Source: Lama glama
Taxonomy: Eukaryota
Assembly (NCBI GenBank): GCA_028534125.1
Contig: CM052832.1
Location: 24,182,001 to 24,246,000 of the forward strand
Reading direction: 5' to 3'
DNA length: 64,000 bases
This document shows, one piece after another, positions 52,321 to 64,000 of the stretch. Made by a program: the position numbers and the translations under genes. The notes under the pieces were generated by a model. It saw nothing but the letters and a program-made list of their open reading frames with translations, had not been told where the DNA came from and did no database searches. Position 1 is the stretch's first letter; every line of letters begins with the position of its first letter.

Positions 52321-52760
52321 TGCTGTGGACTAAATTGTGTCCCCTGCAAAATCCATACATTGAAGCCCTCTCCCTGATGGGACAGGATTTGGAAAGAGGG
52401 TTTTAAAGGGGTAATTAAGGTTAAATGAGGTCATAGGGGTGGGGCCCTAGTCCAACAGGACTGGTGAACTTGTAGAAAAGGACCAGATTCTCTCCCTCTC
52501 CCCCTCCCCTCCTCTCTCCCCGTACCCCTCTCTCTGCCCCTACCCTGCCTCCCCCTGGGAATTCACAGAAGAAAGGACACGTGAGAACACAATGAGAAGG
52601 GGCCCATCTACAAGCCAGGAAGGCAGTTCTCATGAGGAATCAAGTTGTCCAGCACCTTGATCTTGGACTTCCCAGCTTCCAGAACTATGAGAAATCGATC
52701 TCTGTTGTTCAAACCACCCAGCTATAGAATTTGTTACGGCAGTCCCAACAGATGGATTCA
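52321..52760 (+). mobile_element. MLT1A/B-like MaLR solo LTR
   Basis: tgctgtggactaaattgtgtcccctgcaaaatccatacattgaagccct...caccttgatcttggacttcccagcttccagaactatgagaaat. Confidence 0.88.
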
Positions 52761-53009
52761 TGGGTTATTGATAAAAGCCATACTCTGAATTTTTCCCATG
52801 ACTCTATGGTCTCATGGCTATCCATCTGTCCCACACCCCCTGGTCATACCTTGTGGGTACAGTGCTTTTGCATCACTAGTTTGCATCTCACGTAACAGAC
52901 CTAAATTGAATTGTCATAGGACCAACACGAGGTGCCAGCATAGTACAAGGTCACAGAAAGGCAGGTGATCATTCATCAGTAATTCCTAGGTCTGTGTTTG
53001 CTTCCCCAG

Positions 53010-53175
53010 ACAAAGCTAGATTTACTGTGATGCTCACAAAGCTTTCGCCTCGGGGCACCACACTTGCATGGGCCCCTTCCTAAGCCCCGAGCCTGATTCT
53101 GTGTCTCTATATCTTGTTCATTTAAATTAGAGCCCCCTCCCACATCCTATGTGCCTCATACCCCCCTGACTCCCT
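53010..53175. mobile_element. Probable hAT-Tip100 MITE
   Basis: gatttactgtgatgctcacaaagctttcgcctcggggcaccacacttgcatgggccccttcc resembles old mammalian Tip100 MITE ends. Confidence 0.4.
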
Positions 53176-54345
53176 GCTGCCTCCAACAAGTATCTATTTT
53201 GCAGGCCTTCTGCAGGGCACTGTGTGTAGCAACCAAGATGAGGTCATCATAGCACAAGTGAATGAGTTTCAGAATAAACGCATTAATTTAGGTTAAAAAA
53301 ACAATCAAAATATGTAATAGCAGAGACAGGAGAAGAGAAGGAGTTTATGTCCACTTCAAAAGGACTTCATAGATGCAGTCTGGATCTAGTTTGCCCCTTC
53401 CTGGCCCCCAAATCCCTGACGATGCACACTTTTCAACTGGAGAAAAACATATGTTTGGAGAGCCTGCTAGGCTCCAGGTAAAGAACTCAGTATTTTGCAC
53501 GTGAATCTCAGTCATCTTTTACAACATTCATGTGGCCTAAGCATTATTACCTCCATCTAGAGGGAACCTTGAAGCTCAGAGAAATTCAACAGCCTGCCCC
53601 AGGGTGGAGCTCTCTTTATATCCAGGTCCACCTGACGCTAAAGCTTCCGAAGATTCCAGTTTGCCAAACCTTCTACAGAGACACCCCTCCTCCCCACCCA
53701 CCACCCAGCCAAGGCTGGGCTGAGAGTAAGGGAGAGGATGATGGAGAAATAGTGGGGCCAGGGATGTTGAAGCCTTCCGAATGATCGCTGCACAGTTCTC
53801 CAAGTGGCGTTCTTTCCCCATTGCTTTTACTCACGAAGGGCCCAACTTCCTAGCGCCGCGGGTAGTGGTAGCAGATCAGCAGAGGTGTCGGGCATCGCCA
53901 GGAACTTTGACTGCCGAGTGCAGGGCTTTTTCTACCTTCTATAGGGCGTTGAGCGCTGTACACTTTAGAATTTTAAATCCCCCAACCCCCCTGGCTATTG
54001 ATTCAGACTTTGGACATTGAATTCTATGAGAAAAGGAAATCATTCAAATTTTGAAAATATTGGCACTGAATTAATTATGCTTGACTATAAAACTTTCACC
54101 CTGCGTGGCCCTTATGTAAGCTCCCTTGTGGAGGTTTCCCTGTGCAGGCAAAAAAAAAAAGTGTCAAATGGTGATAAACTACCCTCTCCTTTGGCTAGGA
54201 GTGTCACAAGAAGTACTAGTATGCTATGTAGTTTTTCTCCTTTTATCTTCTTAAAAGACCAACCAGAAATCCAATGTGAAAAAAGCTAATGTGATACTAA
54301 GTTTGCAAATTTAAACGAAGAGTTCTGCCATCAAGACATGTAAAA

Positions 54346-54359
54346 GTTTCCATAGCAAC
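54346..54359. promoter_or_regulatory. RFX X-box motif (candidate)
   Basis: GTTTCCATAGCAAC is a near-ideal 14-bp X-box imperfect palindrome, lying in non-repeat sequence. Confidence 0.5.
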
Positions 54360-56734
54360 ATTAGCTCTCATCTTTAGGAGTTTTGGTTCTATTAAAGCCA
54401 TTAAATCTTACTTTTGTATATACAAGGGTACATACAACGTGGTCAGATTTCAGGTTGAGGTTTCTTTTCCGTATTTTAATTAGAAATGATTCCGGGTATG
54501 ACTTTGCATGTCTGTTTCGTGAGTGGACCTTTTGTAAACGGATGATATTAAGCAGCAAGTTGATTTCTTTTGTTCTTCCCCCAATTTTTTCCTCTTTTAT
54601 GTTTTATTCCCTCAATACCATGGATGCTGAAAGGAGGAAAGATAACAGAGCCATACTGCTATTGACTACCTAAGGGGCCCACCTTGCTATAATCATGGTA
54701 CCCCCTCTACGTGTAACACAAAACCAACTTCCTTAAGGAGGCGAGATGGGGAAGGGCAGGGGTTAAGTATCCATTCTCCCCGATTCCCACAGACCGACCT
54801 ACTCACATAAGCTGCCCCCCACGGTGGGTTTCCTTATCACTTAAAGCTCAAAAGGAAACTGGCTTTGCCAGTGGCCACAGAGTCAGCTGGCTCCAAGAGG
54901 GCGAAAAATAAATGTCTCCTGGAACTACGTCTGAGCAGAGACTCTACTAAAATCCTACATCAGCTGAAAAGGGTAGTTGTACTCAAAATTTCATGAGCTA
55001 TCCATAGAAAGTCACACATGTAATGAACATTTCCTTGGGGAAAAAAAAAACCCCTAATAATTGTAGATTCTTGCTTGCAACGTGGATGCTGTTTATTTTT
55101 CCAAAAATGAGTGAGGCAGATGGGGATGGCAAAGATGCCGGAAGATTCCCGTGAGCTCTCCTAATAGGAAACAGCGTTGGACAGTTGGGGACATCTGGAA
55201 TGAACATGGGGGAGGGAAAGCAAACATTTCTTCAATGCACTTTTCATCTGAAATAGTATCACGGTGTCAGAGACATGCAGAAACCCTGAATGAAACAGAC
55301 AAATGGATGTGGCAGAAGGCTTAAAGTGAAACCAGCCTGCAATGATCAGGGCTATTTTTAGTTTTCTAATGAAGAAAGCAGCTGTATTCAGTAAGACTGT
55401 CACTGGCTGCTTGTGAGACCAATTTGTTCTGTTTTGGGGTTCCAGCATTTATCACCAGCGAACCTCCCCTGGGATTCTCAGAAAGGAGCCCCCAACAGTA
55501 CCGTAGATGCAGGGTTTTTAAAGGAATTTGGAGGCAATTCTTAAGAATTTTAGTTTATAGATCTACTAGAACCAGAGGGTAATAAACGAAATAACCTATT
55601 TCTGTGCTTTCCTGGTACAAACCTGGTCCCTTTCAGATCATCTGCAAACCCTTAAGGAGTGAAGGACAAAATTTCAGCTTCCTCTTTCGGTGACTTAAGT
55701 GGCTAGTCTCTGTCTCTTTCATTCTCTTTGACTAGAGCTGCTAAATAAGAGGATAGAAGACAATAGACATTTTCCAGACACTGAAAAGCAAGCACTGAAG
55801 CTGACCCACTTTTAGAGACAAGAGCCAGTGAGAAAGCGATTTACTGCTGTCTGAAAGAGGCATTGAAGAGGTTGAGGTATCATAAGTGAGAAGGTTGTTA
55901 TCTGAGCTCCTGACAAAGCCTGTTTTCAGCACCAATCCTGTATCCTCTCTGGAGGCCACAGCATCCTCTGTACTCAGTTCTCCCTACATGATGACATTCA
56001 TGCATTGACTATGCACAAGATTTCATCCAACACACCGGACCCCCCTATGACCTTCACTGAAACTGCTCTTATTTGACAGTAGAGCATGTCTTCTTATTTC
56101 TAAATATTTAGCTTGCTGGCACAAATTGCCCATTAGGTTAGCAAGAACTTGTGAAAATGCAGTAGCCCTGCAAAGGTGGGTTATAAACCATACGCACAGA
56201 GCTAAACCCTTCTCTGTCTCAGAGAAATGGGGGGCAGGATGGTAACCAGGGAGTGGACAGAGATCCTCCCACGAGTGGCTGTAAGGTGGGGGCTGAGCGG
56301 AGACTATAGTTCCTCATCCTGTGTACCCAGTGGCAGGACGTACCTGGGTAATGCAGGGGTTCCTGGATTCAGCCCACGAGAAACCAACTGTGGTCACTCG
56401 GACCCAGGTGGGGCTTTCGGAATCATCAGCACATACCCCCAAGCTCAACCCAGACAGAAATGAGTTTGAAAAAAATCTCTTCCACGTTGAAAAAGGAAAA
56501 GGGGGGCGGTGGTTGAGGATATGAACAAATAAATTAGAAAACAAAATCACCAGTAAACACCAAACAGCAATAGCCAATGCTGGCTTTCCACCCTTTGTAA
56601 AACAAGACAGAAGACTCCATGACACTGAAGTTTCCTTCCAGTTCTCAAATTTGGGCACAAGAGATGCTGGAGCCCCCTAAAGTTTCATTTTAATGTGGAA
56701 GTGTTCTGACTTTGTGGAAATTCTTCCTCTAGCC

Positions 56735-56865
56735 CAGTGGCTCTCAGCTATGGCTACACATCAGAATCAGCTGGGGAGCATTTAAAAATTATTAATGCCC
56801 AGGGTCCACCCCAGGCCAGTCAATTCAGAAAAGTGGTGGTACCCAAGCCTCCATGTTTTTATAGT
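56735..56865. mobile_element. MER5-like hAT-Charlie MITE fragment
   Basis: cagtggctctcagctatggctacacatcagaatcagctggggagcatttaaaaatt. Confidence 0.7.
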
Positions 56866-56967
56866 CTCCTTCACCTGCCCAACTTAAGTTCCTTCTTGTT
56901 TCTTCCTCGTGGATGCTCTGAACAGCTCCTCAGGCCTCTCAGCTGTAGGCCCATTTAGGGTCTAGCC

Positions 56968-57272
56968 CTACACTGTCCATTACATAGTCACTTAGCCACA
57001 TGTGACCAATGAACCCAGGAAATGTGGTTTGTCCAAACTGAAATGCTTGATTGTAAACTACACACTGGGTTTCTAAGACTTAGTGTAAAGAATGTTAAAA
57101 TATCTTACTAAAATAATTTTGTATTGATTACACATTGAAATGAAAACAATTAGATATGTTGAATAAAATATATTATTCAAGTAATTTTTACCTATTTCTT
57201 TTACATTAATATGGCTACTAGGAAATTAAAATCATTTGTGGATCTCACCTTTATTTCCACTGGACAGCACTG
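56968..57272. mobile_element. MER33/MER3-like hAT-Charlie MITE
   Basis: Inverted termini ctacactgtcca ... tggacagcactg; internal tagccacatgtgacc and gaaatgtggtttgtccaaactgaaatg. Confidence 0.78.
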
Positions 57273-58311
57273 TGCAAGACATATTTTAAGCTACTGTTAA
57301 TCTTTCCTCTGTAACATTCTCTTCCCCACCTTGGAGAGTCCTAATTCTTCTCAGTTTTTCTCCTAGATTATTTTACCTGTGAGAAGAGGCTTTTTTTTTT
57401 TTTCCTCTTCCCTGAACCTCTTTCACGGTCGAGTTTAGAGTACATGATACATTTGGACTTAGAATTTGCTAAACTCATGTCTAGTATAGGGAGCTGTTGG
57501 GAGGATGTTTAGAAAAGGAGTATTAGGAAATATTTCTAAGGCAAAAGTGTCTCTTTCGATTCTATTAGATCATTACAAATATTCCTTTGGGTTAAGGCGC
57601 TGGTTCCCCAAAGCCTTCTCCAAGTGTTTCTCTAGAGATTTAGCCCACTATCACTCATCACATTTGCAAAGAGTGGCATACCGAAGGCAAGAGACACAGA
57701 ACAGGGAGCCTTTCCCGTAAGTGTGTGGATCAGAAAGGGCCTGTCTGGGCTGACAATAGTGGGGGTGAACAAGGCTAAAACTGGTTGGAGTCCTCACCAA
57801 TAGGCAGGAAGCTCACAAGGATCTGGAATTCTCGCAGGAAGCCAGAGAAAATGGATAAGTACTCAAGAAGGATTTTGTCCACTGAGCAATTATGCCAAAG
57901 AATTGGCCCACACTTCAAATAAAAAAAATTTTTTTAATTCAGTCTTTAGAAACAGGTATAATAGAAGGCAATTATTCATTTTACGGGAGAAGTCCTCCTT
58001 TTAGATAAAGATTGGCTCTTTTGCCTTTAAATAGCAACTCCCCTAGGCATAGTTTTGAAAGGATTCTGTTGACAAAAATTCTACTTAACCACATCACAGC
58101 ATAGAAGGAAGCACTTTGGATCCCAGAGAGGGTCAGCAAATTGTGGGAAAGTAATGAAAGGATTGCTCTGTGAGCCATTTTCTTCCCTCTGCACTAGTCT
58201 GCATGCATCTGCGGACCACTCGGAGAGCACCTGGCCCTTGGTCTCAACATCCACCTTGCAGGTCACTTCTTCCCTCCGCCCTGGGCACTTGGCAGGGCTT
58301 TGTTTCTTTCT

Positions 58312-58935
58312 TTCTTTTTTTAAACTGAAGTAGAGTTGATTTACAATATTGTGTTAGTTTCAGGTGTACAGCAAAGTGATTCAGTTATACATGCATATAT
58401 GTATATATCTATATTCTTTTTAAATTCTTTTCCATTATAGATTATTACAGGTATTGAATATAGTTCCCTGTGCTATACGATTTGTTTTCTACATCTGTGA
58501 GTCTGTTTCTGTTTTGTAAATAAGTTCATTTGTACTACTTTTTAGATCTAACATGTAAGTGATATTATATAATATTTGTTTTTCTCTGTCTGACTTAACT
58601 TCACCTAGTATGATAATCTCTAGGTCCATCCGTGTTGCTGCAAATGGCATTATTTCATTCTTTTCATGGCTGAGTAATATTCCTGTGTGTGTGTGTGTGT
58701 GTGTGTGAGAATGTGTGTGTGTGTGAGAATGTGTGTGTGTGTCCAGTCATCAGTTTTGGGGCACTTAGTTTGCTTCCATGTCTTGGCTACTGTAAATACT
58801 GCTGCTGTGAACATTAGGGTACATGTGTCTTTCCAAATTAGACCTTTTGTCTTTTCCAGATACATGCCCAGGAATGGGATTGCTGGATCATATGGTACTT
58901 TTGGTTTTTTAAGGAACTTCCATACTGTTTCCCAT
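58312..58935 (-). mobile_element. 5'-truncated L1 3' end with internal TG microsatellite and ~16-bp TSD
   Basis: Minus ORF 58650-58973 contains the L1 ORF2 C-terminus (VPYDPAIPFLGMY...TCTLMFTAAVFTVAKTWKQTKCP). TSD GGCTTTGTTTCTTTCT (58296-58311) versus GGTTTTGTTTGTTTCT (58936-58951). Confidence 0.92.
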
Positions 58936-60400
58936 GGTTTTGTTTGTTTCTGACATCCTCTCCCACTGCCCAAGACACTTAGATACTGGTGCCATCCTGA
59001 GGGTCATCTTCCCAGTGAGAGCCAGTGGCAGGGTTCCCAAGGACTAGCTCTGTTTCTCAAACAAGTCATCGTGGAAAATGCGGAGCAGCCTAGGATGAAA
59101 CGACGTGGTGGGAACAGGCCCTCAGCAAAGTTAGGGTGATTCCAACCCACTGCTTCTAAGCTCTTCCCGTACCCAGGAGAAGCTCTCATTGGTGGTGAGC
59201 ACTCCCTCCCTAATGTGCTGTCCCCTCGTCTGCTTCCTAACCTGGCTCTGTGGGTATGCCCCTCAACTTGAGGTGCCCCCACTCATTTCACACTTAGCAT
59301 CTGAAACCCCTCATTCTCACTTAACACTTTATATTCCCTTTGGTACCCCTTCTAAGGTGTGGACTTTCTGTTACCCTGCCCAGCACACTGCTGGGGGACA
59401 GTGGCACTCTGGCCTCTTGTACATGCATGCTGTCATTCCTCTTATAGATAAATCAACCTCCTATTGCCAAACAGTGATGCTTAGACACCCCAAGCCCAGG
59501 TCCCAGGGAAATGGAGAACTTGCCAGTCCCAGCCTGGAGTTCAGCTGCACCTTCCTGCCCCGATAAACTACTCTATCTGATGTGTGGTTCTACGTTTGCA
59601 CCCGTTGTACTGAACTGGGAGTCCTAATACAAGCCTATCTCCCCACCTACTCCCTGAGGGAAGAGAGTGTGTCTCATTTCTCTCCTTGTCTTTAAGTCTA
59701 AGATAGTGCTAGTCACATATTAACCTATACATGTTTGGCAAATGGGTGAAGGAATTAAGTATGTTAATCAGTTCTGCTCTGCAAATGGAAGAGGTACCTT
59801 TTTCAGTCCAAAATCAGAAAATCTAGTTCGTGAGCCATTAGGGACACAGATATCTGAAGCAGAAGTGACCAGTTTCTTAGGCTGGTCTTCATGAGAAAGT
59901 ACACAGAAGGCAAAAAGGCCTAGCAGCTGGCCAGTGAGTATTTTCAACACATAGTGCGGAGCAGGAAGCAGCAATAGGACAGAGCTGAGAGACTGACACC
60001 CCCCCTGCACCGGGCGCCCGGGGACGTGAAAGGGAGGTGTGGGTAGGACAGCACATGGCCCAAGGAAAGAAAGACTTGGTAGGGTTAGAGGGAGGGCCTT
60101 GGACACACGATGCCCCAGATGTCAGAAGTACGGCAGAGCCCTGAGGGAATGGGGACAGGATGGAGGGTAGCGCCGAGACCAAAGACCAGGGAGAAGGTGC
60201 CGAAGGAGACAGAATCCTCTGGTCCAGCCCACTTCCTGTCTTGTCAACTTGTGGGAGACATGCAGTTGGTTCTTCACATTGGCTGGAGTTCCTGAGTCAC
60301 TGAACAGAGACTGGGCATTTTGAAGTGGGCCAGGGAATCACTGACTCGTCCTGAGCTAGTCTGTCCTTTGTTAGCCCCACATGAAGGTGTTTCCCAGCAC

Positions 60401-60585
60401 CAGTGCTTCCCAGGGTGGGGACCCACATGCAGCATCAGCATCACCTCACCCGGGAACTGGTTGGATGTGCAAGCTCTTGGGTCCACCTAGACCTCCTGAT
60501 CAGAAACTCTGGGGAGACCTAGCAATCTGCTTTTTAACCAAAACTCCAGGGGATTCTGATACGGTTAGACTCGAGAAATACCATC
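60401..60585. mobile_element. MER5A-like hAT-Charlie MITE
   Basis: cagtgcttccc...cagcatcagcatcacc...atcagaaactctgggg...ctccaggggattctgat...gagaaatacca. Confidence 0.82.
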
Positions 60586-61659
60586 CTCAGAGATCCTAAC
60601 TGAATTGCCCCGAACGCTTAGTCCCCACATAAACCTAATTCATAGCCACGGTTTATGGCTTCTATGTGTTTTTGTGCCTTGAAGCCGGTTTCTTCCTCTG
60701 ACTGGGCTTGTGACCTCTTCTACAAAACAGGGATACATCTATCTTATTTATCTCAATGCAAAGGACTGAATGAGATGATTTCTTGAGGTCCCTTTCAGCT
60801 TGAGAGAAAATGAGTCCTTGAAACAGAAAAAAATGAATAAATAAAAGAAAGGAGAGAAAAAGAAAGGACCAGAAGAGGCCGGTGTGATGAAGCGGCAGCT
60901 AGCTAACACTCCAAAAGACAAAGTAAGGCTTCTCGAGGTGGCTGTGGAATATTTTTAGCAGAATCAAATACGCGGGGCAAGCAGCACTCGGTATCTCTCC
61001 ATCGGTGACTGAAACAAGCTTTCTTAAGATCTCATAGGAAGATGTAAATGGATTTTGATGAAAGGACCATTTCAAAACACTTTTGTATCGGAATAAAAGA
61101 CTATAGCTGTCTGCAGTTTCCATGATGAAAGTCATGTTAAGGGCCAGATCAGCACTTGACAAAGTGGACCAGAATGGGACAGGCTTGGGTCTTTGGGGGG
61201 AGAACTTTAGTTTTCTTCTTTGCTCTTCCCCCTTCCTCTACCTACTAAATAGGGGAAGATTCTGGGAATCTTTCTCCTGTTTCCAGATATACCAGGGACA
61301 AAGTGGGACTAGGAAGACAGGAAAGCCCAGGGTAGGAGGTTAAGGGCATAACTGGAAATCAAAACCTAAGCAATAGATTGTTTAATGACCCAAGAAGCAG
61401 AGTCCTGGCTGGGAGCCAGGGCTGCCCCAAGAAGTCACTAGGCGATGCCAGGAACAGAGCAAGTGTCCAAGTTTCTGTCTTCAGAATGGGCAAATCTAGT
61501 CAAGCAGTTGATTGTGTGGATGGACCTTTAGGAAGCATATGGTGCCAGATGGGGACAAAAACTAGAGTGGCTGAAAAAGGACTCACTTGGAAAACTGAGT
61601 GCAGGTCAAAGCTAGGGAGAGAAGGCAGGGAGCCAGGGTTCAGTGCCAGAGAAGAAATG

Positions 61660-61753
61660 TCAGTCGTCAGGCCCATACACATAGATCATAACAGGAATGG
61701 TGCCCCCTTGAGTTGTGCAGTGCTCAAACTGAACAACAGTACATGGCAGCACT
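61660..61753 (-). mobile_element. MER91-like hAT-Tip100 MITE
   Basis: gaatggtgcccccttgagttgtgcagtgctcaaactgaacaacagtacatggcagcactg is antisense to the MER91 terminus. Confidence 0.6.
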
Positions 61754-63859
61754 GCACGACAGCTGTGATAGCGGAAGATATGACTTTGGGTGGCCCCCTA
61801 TTTCTTCCAAATAATATCTTTTTTCCAGGGAGTGATATAAAAAGCCTTTCATATTAAAGATACCACACAAAGGGCATGAATTTAATCTATCTTCTAATTC
61901 CCCTCTCTTTCCTGCTTTTTTTCCCTTACCTTCTTATTTACTGGTTCCTTAGGTCCTCAAAGACAGCCTAGGTAGCTGGGATCAGAAAAAAAGGGCTAAG
62001 CATTAGCAAGCATCATTTGAGATTTAATTAGATAACCCTTTAAAAAATATGTTAACTTTGAGTCAATTTGGCACAAAATTTCAAGTCGAGAGCTCAAATC
62101 TTTTCTACCTGGTAATTTGATTATTTTGAGCTAAAAAAAGAAAAGCAGATGACTAGATCATTATGTTTTTGCAAACTTCTTTTCAAAGAGGTTATGCAAG
62201 AACCCCGAAGCGTGTCCCAAATAAAATCCTGGAGACACATAAAATCTGTATTTTTATGGTGCTAGTTACTAGTGAGCGCTGAGAGAATAAAGTCATTTCA
62301 GGAAAGAGAGAAACAGGAGCCAAAGGGTGGCTGGGAATTTGTCTTGGCATGAGATGGCCAAGATACAAAGAAAGAGAAAAATATACCTGGCATCTTGGCC
62401 ACCGTCCCTCCTTAGAACAGAACTTCATTTCATGGAAGACATAATTATCTCCTAACGTCTCCGATGCTGGCTGCCGAGCTAATTCTACAGAGACAGGCTA
62501 TTTCAATGTTCTAGGAATGCCTGCTGCTAGTGTCTTCAGATGACATGCAAGGCCTCCCAGAGATGGTACAGAGCGGGCACTGCCGTGTTTGTCAGACCTA
62601 AAAGTAGTTACCTTTCACATTTCCGTAATTCTGTGCATATTTTGGAGACGGTATACATTTGCGTGTTACCCTTATGATTATGTCAGGTTTAAGAGAGAAC
62701 TCAGGCTGATGTCTGATATAAGGAACAATTTAGAGAATTCTTCTGGTGAGCTTCCCACTGTTTGGACCTAGTGCACAGGGCCTTTAGGTACAGGAGGTAT
62801 TGGGTGCAAATAGCCGTGTTTAGAAGGCACCATGGAGCTGCAGATGCATAGACTCCTGTCCATGGGAGCAGCTCTGATTTCCCACATCAGTCAAGGCTCC
62901 ATCTCATTTTCCAATTGCCCCGGTGTATGGGAGACCCAGAAAAGATCATCCACATGTTCTTAAAACAACTTACATTTCTACAAGGTCCTGTGAATGGGAC
63001 CAATGATTCTTTACAGACAACCATGGCAAGAGCGAACTTCCCACGCCGTCATCAACTAATGTCCTATTGAGAAAGAAAATTTGAATAACCTGGAGGTTAT
63101 GCCTTGCTGACAATTCTGAAGATACATAAGGAGTATAGACTTCTCAACTCTGTTGTGAATGCTTCCTGAACTCAGTAACCTACCCTCCCCTACTCAGACA
63201 TGGGAGTATGATTTTTGTGGTCCAGGTGTCAGGCATCGAGAACCCCAGGAGAGGCCTCCATGTTTTAGAAGGAACCTTGTCGGGGAGGCGGGGCAAGGAT
63301 ATAAATCTGGGGGTGGGGAGAGGAATGCAGTGGATGTCCTCAGAAGAAAAGGAAGAACGTGCAGTTAGTTTCTGGGGAATCCCGAAGAAACTGATACAGG
63401 AATAAACTATAAAGAAGCTCCTTGCTCATGGCCGTTTCCTCTTTCTGACAAAATGAATCAATGCTTCTATTTTTTTTTTTAACTGAGTTTCAAAGCATCC
63501 TCCACAGATCTGCATTAGCAGAGGCATTAGACGCATCCTCATCTGAGAAGCACTTTAATTACAGTGACGCTCAGAGCTCGTCCTCCTCTAATCAGAGAGT
63601 GTGTCTGAGTATAGAAACCAGGGAGAGACTCAGCCTCTCTTGGATGAGGATTTCGGGAGGACTAAAAATAGACCCACAGTCACCAGGCCAGCACTGTCCT
63701 GCCACTTCCGGTGGGGCGGGAGTGGAGGTGGCAGGAGGGTGGACAGTGTAGGGGGAAATGGACGTCCCTCCTCTTCTCCAACTCCCTTGGGCATGACCCC
63801 CACCCCTCTGCATCACCTCATTTAGAGTAACAGACAACAACAGTGTGTGCCTGGTTGCA

Positions 63860-64000
63860 ACTGCTTAAACTCAGCCCTACTCCTTCTGGCCCTGAACTCC
63901 AGCCAGGTCACTTAACCAGCCCTCATCTGTGAAATGGGGATAATGACCATGCTTCCTGCAAGAAGTAATTGAGTTAATACATGTACGGTGCTCAGAACAC
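63860..64000 (+). mobile_element. MIR SINE (runs off the window)
   Basis: caggtcacttaacc...cctcatctgtgaaatggggataatgac...gttaatacatgtacggtgctcagaac. Confidence 0.78.

Noticed and set aside
51893..52360. 155-aa minus-strand ORF
   Set aside because: Starts inside an MLT1 LTR and crosses a (GGAA)n low-complexity tract; chance ORF.
61378..61857. 159-aa ORF
   Set aside because: Non-ATG start, overlaps a MER91-like MITE, and has no recognisable motif or splice context.
16880..62070. Enrichment of AP-1 sites (TGASTCA)
   Set aside because: About ten scattered sites, close to the roughly eight expected by chance for this 7-mer in 64 kb.
1..64000. CRISPR array, operon, or novel defence/mobile system
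   Set aside because: The DNA is clearly mammalian and non-coding. I saw no regularly spaced repeats and no intact long ORFs, and all repeated structure is explained by known transposable-element classes and microsatellites.

Overview
This is mammalian, non-coding, repeat-rich genomic DNA (intergenic or deep intronic), most probably from a camelid (camel, llama or alpaca). The lineage call rests on two tRNA-Ala-derived SINEs of the vic-1 type and on young cetartiodactyl/camelid-style L1 3' ends. I can support no protein-coding gene, true tRNA/rRNA gene or CRISPR array. The ORF track consists of chance ORFs and decayed transposon frames. The window is a layered fossil record of transposable elements: a hAT (Tip100/ZMYM1-like) transposase remnant at the left edge, a CR1/L3 reverse-transcriptase remnant, L2 and MIR fragments, hAT MITEs (MER5, MER33, MER81, MER91 types), ERVL/MaLR solo LTRs (LTR33, MLT1, MLT2, MER21 types), and many L1 fragments, several with clear target-site duplications (TSDs). 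A few repeat-free, CpG-retaining, motif-rich patches (about 39.9-40.2 kb, 50.6-51.0 kb and 53.8-54.4 kb) are candidate cis-regulatory elements. I found no evidence of a novel biological system. Repeat family names come from my recognition of consensus sequences, not from a database search, and boundaries without TSDs are approximate.
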